This document shows positions 1 to 13,600 of a stretch of 64,000 nt of DNA, one piece after another. The stretch lies in the NCBI RefSeq assembly GCF_964188315.1, contig NC_135659.1, forward strand, positions 101,742,001 to 101,806,000, written 5' to 3'. Numbering within the stretch: the stretch's first letter is position 1; each line of letters opens with the position of its first letter. The stretch is from Podarcis muralis (lineage: Eukaryota). A model generated the notes under the pieces. It had not been told where the DNA came from. It made no database searches and saw nothing but the letters and a program-made list of their open reading frames with translations. The position numbers were made by a program, and so were the translations under genes.

Positions 1-1662
1 GAGCCTGGCATGGCTTGCTCTTGGGAAACGTCTGCAGCATCCTTGCCGCAGCAGCTCTTCCAGGGTCTCCCCAAACATCCAAGGACAGGCCCCAGGTCCA
101 AGTGTCTCCCAGAATCCCCACCAATTAGGGGTGGGTGTCCAGGCCCCGCAAGGCATCCATGGGCCCCTGGCTGGCTAGACCTGACCCCCCTCCACTCCAT
201 AGCTGTCAATTTTCAGATTTGAAAATAAGGGATCAGCAGCCTCACCTGTCCCGGGGAGTCTTTGGGATATCTAACCTTCTGGGATAGCAGCAGGAAACAG
301 TGCTGGAATAAGGGAATTTCCCACAAAAAAAAGGGAAGGTTGACAGCGATGCTCCACTCATGAAGTGGCCCAAATTTGGCTGGAATCCAACCAGCCACTC
401 CGAAAAGGGAGCAGGGGCAGGGGGACAACAGGGGTGATTGTGCCCACAGGGTTTAAGCGGAAGCCTTCGATGTGGGGAGGCAAGACACAGCCCCCTGCCC
501 AGCAGGCAGAGAAGGGTTGGGCTGCCCTCGCAAGCAGGGTCTGTGTCCCCAGTCTTCCAAAATCACAGGAAGCCTCACATGCACCCATATTCTGCTCAAA
601 ATAAGACCTGCAAGAGCAGAACCTCCGGTGTTTACTGCCAGTTTTCAGAGGGGAAATGGGACGTGTAGCTGCCCACTCACTTCTCCTCTGAAATCCAGGA
701 TTTTGGCACCATCTTCACCAGGCAGCTCTCACTTCTGCCTGGGGTGGGGGGGTGGGGAGAGGCACTGGCACCCACAAGAAGCAGGCAGCCCTTTCTCCCT
801 CCCAGGGAACAGTCCGCTTCTGCTTCAGCCTGGGCAGTCTTCCCTCCCACAGCCTGGTCTGTGCAAGAAGGAAACAGGAGCCGGCAAAAAGGAGGAAACA
901 GCCTTTAATGCAAAGATCGGGGGGGGGGGGGGAGGGGCATGCCAGGTCCAGCCTGTGCACTGTGCCCCACTGACAGGTGAAAGCAGCTAGGCTGGCAGCC
1001 TTTCTTGGCTCGGTGGGGGAGGCGTCTCAGTGCTCTTCCACCCAGGGGAGCCTAGATGGGGGGGGGGGCAGAAGCTGTACCACGGGCTGCATTTGCCACT
1101 GCTGGGCTCACAGGATGGAGCCCCTGCCTGCCTGGAAAGTAAGAGAACCACGTAATGGTAGAGTTGGAAAGGGTCCCCAGGGGCCACCTCGCCCAGCCCC
1201 CTACAAGGCAGGCCCCAGAGACAGTCATGGATGAGGCTCTGCTGCCAGCCCCCACCTGCCGTGCACCCTTCCCGGGGAAGGCAAGAGCCCCCAGCGGCCT
1301 CAGGCCAAGCACACCAGGCAAAGGCACACCAAGGACGGCTCTGCCACAGACCTGCAGGGAATGCCACGGGGGGGGGGGGGGCTTCAGAGCACGCTCAGCC
1401 CTCCAGCGCAGCCGGCTGATTCTGGAGTAGCTCTGGCTGCCCCCTGCTGCAGGGCGGAGAACAGCTGCCATAGAGGGGAGAGTCTTGTAGCATAAAATAA
1501 AAAACGCCAAACGCGACTGCCCAGCAGGATCCCTCCTTCCGCAGTTGGAGAGGAGGCCCCCTCCCTCCCCCCCTCCCCTAGCAAGAAGAAGAGGTCCTGG
1601 GCATGCGCTGGAGGGGGCCTGAGGTTGCCCCCCCGCCACCCTTCCTCTGCTGCCGAGGGGCG

Positions 1663-4600
1663 TCATCCGTAGTGGTAGACGAAGTCGTAGCTGCTGGGCT
1701 CCTTGGGGACGGGCGGGGGCACCTCCGGGATGGGGATGTTCTCCAGGTCCAGCAGGCGCAGCTTCATCTCCATGCTGAGCAGCGTGTCCAGGTCGCTCTT
1801 GGTCAGGTCGCTGCCCATCTCCTTCCCCAGAAGGGCGTTCAGGCCGTCAATCCAGATGCAGTACTGCGGGGGAGGGGAGGAGGGACCTGAGACCCCAGGA
1901 GGGACCATGGGGGTGGGGGTGGCCTGGCTGCCCCTCCTCATGCCCCCTGACATGTTGCTAGCGGGGGGGGGGGGGGGGGCGCTTCCTTCATCATAGAATT
2001 GTGGGGTTGGAAGGGACCCCCGAGGGTCACGTGCTCACAAACCTCCCAGGAAGGGCTTCCCAGGGAGTCCTCTCCTCTGTGAGAACAGGATGCCGGACTC
2101 AGAGGCCTCATCCAAGAATATCTTCCCATCTAATGGCATCTAATAACCTTCCTTCCTTTCCCTTGAGACAACGGGGTCCACGTCTTGCCCCCTCGCCTTG
2201 TCTCTGCCATTATGCCCCCTTCCATGCACTCACGGACCTGCCGTTTAATTTCTTTGGGTTTTATTTCGTGCCTTGTTTTTACCTGACCGTGATCTATAAC
2301 TGTACATGGACTGTATATTGCCATCAGATCCTGCCTGATAACACTGCAATTTGCAGAATTTTGCATAACCTTTCGTTTTGGAAAGCAATGTACATTATTT
2401 CAGAAGAAAACCAAGCAAGAAAATCAGGCTCCTCAAACCCGGCCACGTCCCTCTCCCCTCAGCCACTGAGCTCCCTTCCATTTTCCATGGCGGGATTCAC
2501 GTCTCTCCCCCCCCCCCCCGACTCCCCAGAGACTGAGCAGCTTTGCAGAGGCAGGCGAGAGAGAGAGGGAGGCAGGAAGGAAGTTGGTGGGCAGCTACAT
2601 GGTCAGCCCTGCAAGGTTTGAGAAAAGGAGCTGAGGTTGACGGAGAGGAAAGAGTCAAGGGCGGGGGGCTGAAGAAAGCAGAGGTGCAGCACAGCAGCTG
2701 GGGGGGAAATGCAGAAAGAGCAGCCCAGATGGGGCAGCCAGACGCAGAGATTGCTCTAAGTATCTCCACATGGAGACCAGGGATGGCTTCCCTAGCTGGG
2801 GGGCAGGGGCACAAGAAAGCCTCCTGGGTAAAAGGCAGGGCCCCCACCCCCTTTCAGTCCTCCTCTCGATTTTCTGGGCCCCAGAGGAAGGAGACAGTCT
2901 CTGCTTCACCCACAAACGCTCTCCCCTGGTTTTGTGAAAGCCCCAAAGCCCCAAGTGGCCTGGGCTTCCTTCAGAGAGAACAGCCCTTTCCCTAGAGGAA
3001 GTGACAGGAGATGTGAGAGCCCTCGTCAAACCTCTCAAGGGCTGCCCCATGTTTTCTCTTGCTCTGGAGGGCAGGACTCGAACCCATGCCTTCCAGTTAC
3101 AAGAAAGGAGATTCCAGTGAAACACCAGGAAGAACTTTCTGGCAGTAAGAGCTGTTAGACTGTGGAAGGGTCTCCCTTCGGGAGGTGGGGGACTCTCCTT
3201 CCTTGGAGGCTGGATGGCCATCTGTCAGGGATGCTTGAGCCGAGATTCCTGCATGGCGGGGCTGGACTAGATGGCCCTTGGGGTGCCTTCCAGCTCTACT
3301 CTCGGAACTGCAGCCAGGAGGAGGAAGCGCATTGCAGGAGCAGGGCCATTTGTTGGGAGGAAGGCAGCTTCCCCTCCCTCCTGACTCACCTCGTACTTGT
3401 TGGGGGCTATGAAGTTCAGGGTCTCATCCGGATCATACAGGATGGAAAAGGCCAACTCCAGAGCCTCCTGTGGATGGGAAGAGGGAGAGCAGGGGCTGGT
3501 GAGCCAAGGAGGCCAGTCCCCACCCCCTGCCAAGGACACCCCCCCCCCGGGTCTTCCTCCCCTCCCCAGCCAGCTACCTTGTTCTGCTTCAGAGCTCCCT
3601 TCTCCTTCATGTGCGGACAGTCCTTCCCAGTGACGACGGCCTTGATGTCTGCAACGGGAACTGGGCGAGAGGGAGAGGGGCTGCTGGTCAGGCTGGGCAA
3701 GAACAGCAGAAGAAGCCCCTTCCCTCTTCCACAGAACCAGAGAGTTGGGAGGAGGTACCCCCGGGGGTCCTGCAAGGCAGGAATCACAGCAGAAGCCCCC
3801 CCGGGGGCTGCTGGCTGCCCTTGCCCAGAGGGCTGGTCATTGAGCCCCTGCCCAGTGCCTCGCCTGAACCCCGCCTGGCACGGCACTCACTCTTTTCCTG
3901 CAGGGCCTCAAAGGTGACCTCCCCCTGGGCGTTGTCCTCCAGGTCCCCGTAGTGAAGCACTTTGTGGTTCAGAGCCAGGCGGCAGAACCAGAACCGCTCT
4001 GCGGGGCGACAACAACAGCACACGGACCATAAGAAGGCTGGGAGGCCCCTTCTCTGAAATCACTGAAAACCTGGCAAGTTGCCCTCTCGGGTGCTCTAGC
4101 GCCCAGGAGGGGTCCCAGACGGAGATGAATGGGGGGTAAGGGGCATGTAGCCCCATACCTTTCAAGGAGATCAAAAGGGCACGACCCACAGTCGTCTGTG
4201 AATGCCCTTTTTGTTTGTTTGTGAGAAGGGATGGAAATCCCCGTCTCCCAGATGAAAAGGCAAGGGCGCTGGGCTCAATGTCTCCATCCTGGGAGAGTCC
4301 CACCAAGCTCCCATGGCGAGCTGTGGAATACCTTTGAATCCGGACATAATTGGCAAGTGAAGAGGCAGCCCTGAAAAGATTCTGATTTACGCTGGAGGAG
4401 AAAACCATCTGTTTGGAAAGGTTTGGAAAGAATGAAAGACACCAAGGGGGGGGGCCATCAAGCCACGGGGGCCAAATGCCTAATTATGATTATTTATACC
4501 CCACCCATCAGGTTGGGTTTCCCCAGCCACTCTGGGCGGCTTCCAACAAAAGATTACAAATGCATTAAAACATCAGTCATTAAAAACTTCCCTAAACATA

Positions 4601-7600
4601 GAATCTAGGACTCAAGGTAGACTGCCTCTGGAGCTGGAGGTTCCATAAGGACATAAGATAGCTCACAGGAACTGTGCAAATGTCCCAGAGGGGGGACCCA
4701 AAGGCAAGAGCAGCCCTCCCCTCCTGCAGAGCCAGCCGTGGCCAGGATTCCCCCCCCCCCAGCCCTCTCCTCCCTGCTGCCCTCACCTTGTCTCCGCCGG
4801 TTCCCGATCTTGCGGAAGCTGCTCCCCTCGCAGAGGCGGTTCAGGCGCTGCTGCTTGATGAGCTCCAGGATCTCAGGCTGGATCTTCTCCCGCAGCTCCC
4901 TGGGGGCGGCCACACAGCAGCCGGTGAGCACCCCCGCTGCCCCTGCCAGGCGCCACCCCCAGCCCTGACCCCCCCAAGCGGCCGCTCACATGATGGGCGG
5001 GGAGTGGAAGTCGTCCTGGCTCATGCGCTCCGACTGGCGCAGGCGCAGGATCTCCGAGTAGCTGAGGCTGCGCAGTTTGCTCTTGAACTGGTCCAGGGAG
5101 CTGGGCTTCGAGGGCAGCGCCCGCATGATCTGCTCCCGCACCACCTGCATCACCTGGGAGAGGGGGGCAAAATTACACCTGGCAGGGAGAACGGGGGGGG
5201 GGGGGAGAGGGAAGCTCTTCTCCCTGAAGTGTGAGAACATCCAACGACCGAGGGAGGGAAGGGCTTCTTCACGCAGAGCATCGTTAACCTGTGGAACTTC
5301 CTCCTGCAGGAGGCAGGGATGGCCAGGATGGCTCTGAAAGGGCTATTGAGACCACTGACCACAGTGGCTCTGCTTTGCCTCCCTGGTCAGTAGCAGGAAT
5401 GCTTCTTGATGGCCATCACTGGAAACCCTAGGTAGGAAAAAGTTCTCTTGCACTCAGATCCTGCTCATGGGTCTCCCATCATCTGCAATGTGGCTGGCCA
5501 CTGTGAGAACAGGGTGCTGGGCTAGATGGATGACCTCTGGCTGATCCAGGAACCTGTTCCACTGATAGAGAATTTCTGTTAGATTCTCAGTGCAAATTTG
5601 GCCAGAGTTGTTTCACGCTTTTATAGGATGATGTGTCAATGTATCCACAAGTGATTGGATTCTCGTGTTCCTGCCTTTGGCAAATCTCACAGGCCTCCCT
5701 CCTGCATGGCACTTCCATGCTTCTCTGACCCTGGAGGGTGGGAAGTTTATTGGTATTACTAGAAGGGCACCAACAGCTGGCCAAGGAGGTGTATTCAGAG
5801 TCAGGAGGGCGAAGCAAGCTTCTCCTTGAAGCATTCCAGGGACATGGAAGGAAGATAAGGGAATGTCAACAGGCCTCTCCTTACTGAAGGCCAGAAGACA
5901 AGTACAAAAGCTGAAAACAGAGCAGAGCCGGACTTTTGGCACTCCTTGACCTGTAATCTCTTTTGATACATGCCATGATGTTTTGTGATGCATACCAATA
6001 AAAGCTTTGTTCAAATGTCCTTTGAGGCAGTCTTTGCTCGCTGGCAAGGCTGCCCTATTGTGCAATAGTTTTAATCAACTGGGTCCTTACAAGGTGATTT
6101 TGCTTGCGAGTCTCTTGGTTTCCTTGCTATTTAAAAGTGTGTTCCCTCGCCTGGGCCAGACCAGTGGGGCATTCTGTTCTTATGGAGGAGGAGGAAGGGG
6201 AGATGGCCCAGCTGGACTGGAAGGGGAGACCCCTGCCCACTGGAGAGCAGCTGCCCCCTCCCACCACCCCCTGCCTCTGCCCCACGGCCACCCCACCTTG
6301 TTGAAGTCCTCTGCCGTGGCCCGCATCTCCTTCCAGGTCTTGTTGAGCAGCTGGATGCAGATGGCAAAGAGCTCCTCAAAGGCGCGGTCGTGGGTGAAAA
6401 ACATGGGGTGGTAGTCGTTGCGTCCCTCGTTGGCTGGGGGGGGGGAGAGGGAGGGAGGTCAGAACAGCCAGGATGGCGCCTCAGGGGAGCGCCAGGGAGC
6501 AAGAGGAAGCCAAGCACGTGGGAGGGGCATCGTGGCCACAGTCAAGCAACGTGAATTCCCTGGTTGGAGGGGGCCCTTTCAGTCCAGGGGCCACTTTCCT
6601 GCACAGGCAGCTGCAGGGGCCACATGTCGCCGGTGGCAACTATCGGGTGCAGCCAGAAAAGCGATTTTCCCCTTTGTGCAGCAGAGCCCACAATCCAGCC
6701 ATGGAATAACGGAAGGGACCTCGAGGGTCAACAAGACCAGTCCCCATAGCCAAATAGCCCCCCGCAGATGCCCCCCAACCTCTTCTAGGAAACCTCCAGT
6801 GAAGGAGCCAAATAGCCCCCCGCAGATGCCCCCCCAACCTCTTCTAGGAAACCTCCAGAGAAGGAGCGCCCGCCATCTTCCCAGGGAGGCTGTTCTGCTG
6901 CCAAACTGTCCTATGGAACAGACAGACCCTTTTCCTTGGGCTGGCTCAGCCTGCCCAGGGGCTTTTTGGGGCGGGGGAGAGGGTCCCCTCTGGCACAAGG
7001 GCTCAAGAGAGAAGACTCTGTGGGTGCTCCCCCCTCCACTTACGCAGCTCCCCGACCTGCAGGATTTCGCATAGCATCTTGGTCAGCTCAATGGCGCTGC
7101 GCCCAAAGGGACACTCGTGCTTATCCTCCCGGCTGCTGTTCTCCAGGACGATCTGTGGGGAGGGCAGGAAGGGAGCAGAGTGAGGGGGTGGGGCTGGTCC
7201 AGGAGCCTCGGCCTTCGCAGGGGGGGCACCCTCCCCACTTACCCGGATGTAGGTGTCCTGGTGGCACTTGGCCAGGTAGAGCATGTTGTCCAAGGCCAGC
7301 ATCCCCGGCGGGGTCTGGGTGAAGTCCAGGGCAGGGTTGATGTGGTTCTACGCGGGAGAAAAATCAGCGCCTGCCGTCAGCAGCAGAAGGAAGGAGCTGC
7401 CCCCACGGGGTCCCCACTGCTGAGGGATTCAGGGCAGCGAAAAGGAAGCAGAAAATTCAACTGTGGAACTCCCTCCCACAGGAGGCAGTGAGGGCCACCA
7501 GCCTGGATGGCTCCAAGAGAGGGCTAGCAAACTTGCCGGCAGGACCAGTGGCCAGCAATAATGGGAACTGTAGTCCAAAAACAGCTGGAGACCCAAGTTT

Positions 7601-10600
7601 GGGAATTTTGTATCGCATTAATAGTTTTGATGAATAATTTCTGATATTTTCTGGAATTTTGAAATACTATAAATTTACTTAAGTGTATTAATCTTTTCAA
7701 TGAATTTGTTGTTGTTTGCTTTACTTACATGTTACTGTGTTTGACAGAATAGCGACTGCAATGTCTATTGTGATGAATGTGAGCTGCTTTGAGCTCCACA
7801 TTTGTGGCTGGAAAAGTGGACCATAAATATGAAACCGAATCAAATATCCGTTGCTGGAACGGCAGGAGGGGAAAGCGCTGCTCTAGTGCTCTGGCCTGGC
7901 CTGGGGTTCCCTCTGGGGCACCTGCCTGGCCGTGGGGAGAACAGGCTGCTGAATGAGGAGATGCCCCCCCCCGGCCTGAGGGTCTTGGGGGGCTGCCTAC
8001 CATGAAGCCCAGCATCTTGTAGTCCTTGGTGTACATGGCTCTCCTCTTCTCTGTCCCGCCCCCAGGGAGGCTGCTGCTCTCCGACTCGGCGTCAAAGGCG
8101 ATCCTGCGCAGCTCAAAGATGATGTCCCTCTGGGCCTGGCAAGCGAGGAGAGAGGGCAGAGCGTGAGCCCAGCGCAGAGGCTGCCGCTCACACAGAGGGG
8201 GGCACAGTCCTGCCAGTCACCTGGTCGCTGGGGTCCATTTTGGTCATCATTCTCTCCTCCAGGAGGTTGAAGGTCAGGACCTGCAGCACGTACAGCTGAT
8301 GGGCCATCTCCGTCTTGATGGGGCGGTTGCCCCGGATGACGTGCTGCGGGAGGAGAGGGAGGGAGGGAGGAGGTGGAAGAGGCTCACCTGCCAACCCCTC
8401 CCTGCGTGAGCAGGGCCAGGTCCCCCTTCTGGCCCCTGACCAGCGAGGGACACACCTGGCTGGGGGGAACAGGAGCCCCCACCGTCCGCGCCCAGAAACA
8501 CCCACAGCCTGCAGCAACGGCGGCTGGCTGGCCAGGCCAGAGACCATGCAGTGGGGGGGCCACAAAGACTGGGTGCCCTGAGACGGGGCTGAGATGGTTG
8601 CCCAGAGGCACGGCTATGTCAAGGTCAAAGCCTTGTCCTACTCACTGCCAGGATGATGGAGCGCAGGTGCTTCTGAGCAAAGGCGTTGGCCATCTCCTGT
8701 TGGGGGTTGACAGAAGAGAGAGAGAAAGAGAAAGAGAGAGAAAGAGAGGAAACTCCAACTGTGCCCCACCTCCGGGGGGGGGGGGAGGGTGCTGAGCAGC
8801 CCAGCAGTGCCGTGACAGCCTGCTCCAAGCACAGGCAGCACAGCCATTCAGCAAAGGGGCCGCTCCCACCCTCAGAGAGTCCTCTGGCTGTCCATCACCC
8901 AAAGCAGCTGCACCCCCAAAGCCCCCACCTCAGCAGCCCCACCAAGGAGCCCAGGCCACCTGCACTCCCTCTGGGCCCGTCCCTGTGCACCCACAGAGCA
9001 CACACCCCACAGGATGCAACAACAACAGACCCAAGCGGTGGCAGGGGTGGGAGGGGGGAAGAAAAAGAATCACCCTGGTTTAGCCCTTTCCAGATTAGCC
9101 AGGAGCTGCAGCCCAGCTTGTCCTCTGGCTTACAGCCCACGGCTTGTCCAGGAGGGCAAAAACGCTGCCCTGAGTTCAGAAGATTCCCTAAGCCTCAGCA
9201 GCCAAAGAACCAGGGAGGAGAAGGCGGCCACAATCTCCTCTCCCTGTGGACACATGCAAGGTGTGCAAGCCAGATAGATGTGTGAGAGAGAGACAGACAC
9301 AGGCAGAGACGGAGACAGACGGAGACGGAGCAGGCTGCCTCTGAGGCGGAGGCAGAGGAAGGGTACGGGGGTCTCTCTCTATTTATTCCCAAGACATTTC
9401 CATCCCCCTTTCTGGCTCTGAAGAGAGAAAACACCAGTGCTCTTAGAGAGGAGCCTCCTGGGCTGAGGGATTTACTTACAGTGCAAGGCAGGTCTAGCGG
9501 GTTAAGGAGCTTCTCCTGCGGACAACAGGAAGCAGAAAGACACAAAGAGAAGCCGGCAGAAGAGTCAGCACAGAGACCCTTCGCAGGGAGGGCGGGCAGG
9601 CGGGGGGGGGGGGGAGACGGGCAGACACAGAGACGCAGTGCCACGCAGCACATCCACAGACTGGCCAGACCTGGGAGGCAGACCTTCCTCCCCCCTGCCC
9701 CCCCTCAGCGAAGGAGTGCAAGGGCTGGTGCCCTGCCCTCCCTCCCCATGGCACCCCCTTGCCCAGCCACCCACCTGCCTCTTGTCCTCCGGGGCCTTCA
9801 GAAAGAGGGCGTTGATCAAGGCAATGGCATACGTCTGGATCTCCTGGTTTGAGCTGCAGGGGCACAAGGGGGGGTGAGCGGCAGGCGGCTCCTCACCTCC
9901 TCCCACCCTGACAGGATGTGGGGTGCGGGAGGCGCCACTCACACTTGCAGGTGGGCAATGAGCTGCCCCACGGTGATCTCCTCGGCAACCTTCTGGTAGA
10001 GGCTCTGGCTGTTGAGCACCATGCTCTCCAGAATGGCCAGGGAGCGCTGCAGGATGGAGACGTCCACCGTCGGCTGGCTCACGTAGCCCGCAATCTGGGG
10101 GGGGGGGGAGGCAGAGGCCGCTGAGCGCCAGAGGCATGCATGCCCACTGCCCCGCCCAGGGAGCCCCCCTTCTCCTGTGCCGCCTGCTAGGACTGTTGCC
10201 TAAACTGGTTTGAAGTCCATTTTGTGATACAGTGGGACCTTGGTTCTCAAACACCTTGGTACTCAAACAATTTGGAAACCAAACATGCTCCATTTTGAGT
10301 GCCACGCTTCCCTTTTGAGTGTTACACTGAGGTCTGTCTGTTTTTGCTATTTATTTTGTTTTGTTTTTGCAGCTCTTTTTGTGTGTGACTGTATGGAACC
10401 CAGTTCAGCTACTGATTTATTGTGTGACTGCAGTACATTATTTACTGCTTTCATTTTATGGATCAATGGTCTCGTTAGATAGTAAAATTCATGTTAAATT
10501 GTTGTTTTGGAGGTTGTTTTTAAAAGCCTGGAACAGATTACTCCATTTTGCATTACAGTGGTGCCTCGCAAGATGAAATTAATTCGTTCCGCGAGTTTTT

Positions 10601-13600
10601 TCGTCTTGCGATTTTTTCGTCTTGCGAAGCACGGTTTCGGAAAAGTTTTGGAAAAGCTTCAAAAATCACCAAAGTCTTCAAAAACCTCAAAAAAGGCTAC
10701 CACACCACGTGCTATGAGTTGCTCCTCAAAGTCAAGTCGCAACTGTATTAACGGTTTTAAGAAAAAGGAAACAAACTTGCAAGACGTTTCCGTCTTGCGA
10801 AGCAAGCTCATAGGGAAAATCGTCTTGCGAAGCAACTCAAAAAACCAAAAACCCTTTTGTCTTGCGAGTGTTCCGTCTTGCAAGGCATTCATCTTGCGAG
10901 GTACCACTGTACCTTCTATTGGAAAATGTGCCTTGGTTTTGGAACGCTTTGGTTTTGGAACGGACTTCTGGAATGGATTAAGTTTGAGAACCAAGGTACC
11001 ACTGTATCAGTTTCCTTGTTTTTGACCTGGCAATATATCGTGAATCACGGTTGCTATGCAAAAATCACGATGCAGGAAAAACCACGAAGCCAGCCAAGGC
11101 TTCTCTCAGTTCCCGCAGCCCCTGTTAACTCTGCCAGCTGAGCTCTCCCCTGCCTCATGCAAGGGCAGCGGATCCCAAGAGCAGGAGCCAGCAAAAATCA
11201 CAATGAGGGGGAAACTGTGAAGCCAGCCGATGGCTCTGCATAGCTCCATCCTTATTTCCGACAGGGCAATATACTGGTCCATCGTGATGTTTAGTGGGTG
11301 AGATGTTGAAAAGCAGCGATCGCCCAGCGCTGCCACCTGCTATGGCGGAGTCTGTACCTGCTTGATGAAACTGATGGACACCATGTCCCAGGAGATGATG
11401 CCGTGGTCCATGAGCTCCAGGAAGGCTGTCAGGGTGAATGCCAGCATCTCACTGTAGCTGCAGGGGGCACAGGGAAGGCGGATCAGTGGGGGGGGGGGAG
11501 GGCACCCTCAGGGCTCCCTCTCCCCCCACTCATGGCTGGCCAAGGCAGCCCTTCCAGAGAGTCACTCTGCTGGGCGACGCAGAGCGGCAACCGGGCACCG
11601 TCTTGGCGGTCTCACGTCAGCACTTAGTGGGCAATGGGAAAGGGAGCCGCCTGCTTCTGGGGCCTCCTAGTGTCCTCAGCACCTGCAACCCACAGAGGCC
11701 AGAGGCAGGAATTTGCGCTCCCTCCATGCTCTGCGGCTCCACCATCCGCCTGTCTGGAGAACCAGAGCAGAGAAGGGAAGGGCAAAGCAGGCCGGGCACT
11801 CAGAGCGACCAGCCAGCCAAGGCCTGGCAGTGACAGAGGAGGATTTGCTCAGGCCCTGCGCTTCCCAATCAAAGCCAACTTGGATATTGAATTAACTATT
11901 CAGCAGTTTTAAAAAACCATATTAAACGGTATATATAATACCATAAAATATTCATTACAAACAGCAATGAAAACAGACTTCGAAAACAGCAGGCAGGATG
12001 CCATTGCCAAAATGCAGATAAAACCAAGTTTAAAAAGCCGAACCAAGTTATGCATCTAGGAAGGCTTGGCTAAGGAAAGGGTGGCAGCGTTTGGGCCTCT
12101 TTAGAGAAAATGTAGGAGGCAACACAATGGAAGTTTGTAAAATCATGCATGGCATTGAGAAAGTGGAGAGAGGAACGTTTTCCTCCCTGTCTTCTAACGC
12201 CAGGGCTTGTGGATATTCCACGCAACTGAATGCTGGAAGATTCAGGACAGTGCAACTAAACTGATGGCCATCACCTTAGAAGGCTTTCAGAGTGGATCAG
12301 ACCAGGGCCTGGAGGCGAAGAGGACACTGGGTGGCTCGGCTTTGCCAGTCAGAGACAGCCATGCTTCTGAACCCCAGTTGCCGATAACCGCAGGGGGGCA
12401 CCTGGTTGGCCACTGTGAGAACAGGCTGCTGGACTTGGTGGGCCCCCTTGGGCCTGATCCAGTGGGGGGGTCTGTCTTATGTTCTTACATTACAACACTA
12501 AGTAATGGGGAGAAGACCCTGGCCTGGAAGGACTGTCTTCTAGCCGGTGGCCTTTCCCCTCTCTGTGCCCCAGTGACCAGCATCAAATCCCAGCTGCCCC
12601 CACCCATGGCAGGAGAGAAACAGAGCACCCAAGCCAGGCCCTGCGGAAGAGCAAAGAGAACACTGCCAAGGAGGTGGCGCCCAAGTCTCTGCTGCCTCCC
12701 CTGCCCACTTGGCAGCCCTGGGGCAGCTGCCCCCCCCCAACCAAAAGCGCCCTGCTCCAGAAGAGGCCAGGGGGCTGCAAGTGGCTGCAGTGCTGGAGCA
12801 AAGAGAAGGCCAGAACTGTCAACATTAAAGGACAGCCCCTCAGGGAAGGGAGCGCTGCTGGTGCTGGATGCCCACTTACTGGGAGAGGAGCTTGGTGCCG
12901 CTCTCCACGAGGCGGGTGAGCACTGAAATGCCGTCCATGTTGATGAACTCTGTGGCAAAGGTCACGTCCGCAGAGAGCTTGGCCAGCTCCTTCATGGCCT
13001 CCAGCCGAGCCTCCATGCTGTGCGACTGCGTCCGGTCCATCAGCTGGCGGGCGGCCCTGGACTGGGGGGCAGGGCAACAGCTAGTCCCTTGCAAACCCCC
13101 AACCCCTCCAGGGGGCTCCCCTCAGCCGGGCAGGAGAGAGAGAACAAGAGGAGGTGGCCTCGTGCCCTGAGCCCAAAGCCAGCCAGCAGGCTTCAAATCC
13201 TCAAAGGGGGGTAAAGAACCCACCCACCCCCCAGAGGCAGCCCAGACCTACTGGAGAAACTGCCAGCTGGAGGATGGTCCCGTTCTTGATGTCACAACGG
13301 GTCTGCAAGGCAAGAAGGGGGGGCTGCTTAGCACGACTGGGAGAGGAGCCGAGGCCCCCCAGCGGGGTTCCTGGTCTGCTTCTGTGGATTTCCTCCAAGG
13401 CCCCCACCCTGATCAGAGTTGCAAGGAGCTGCATGGCACCCCATGGCCCGCTCCCTGCTTTTTTAGATGGGGGGTTAGGAACCAGCTCCCACGCACCTGC
13501 TCTGTAATGTACAGCTGGGCCCCATCTGCGTAGCGCAGCGTGTAGTACTCTGGGTTGGGCAGCGACCACCTAAGGGGGGGGGAAGGACCATGTCAGCCTC

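Noticed and set aside
1-700. Possible exon of a neighbouring gene (minus-strand donor near 245)
   Set aside because: No recognisable protein similarity; may be ELMO2 3-prime UTR or intergenic.
2240-2420. AT-rich segment with minus-strand AATAAA in the last ELMO2 intron
   Set aside because: No alternative terminal exon with splice and frame support was found; a single hexamer is weak evidence.
10600-10900. Repeated GTCTTGCG units resembling a CRISPR-like array
   Set aside because: Short irregular internal repeats of a MITE in vertebrate DNA; no constant repeat-spacer period and no cas genes.
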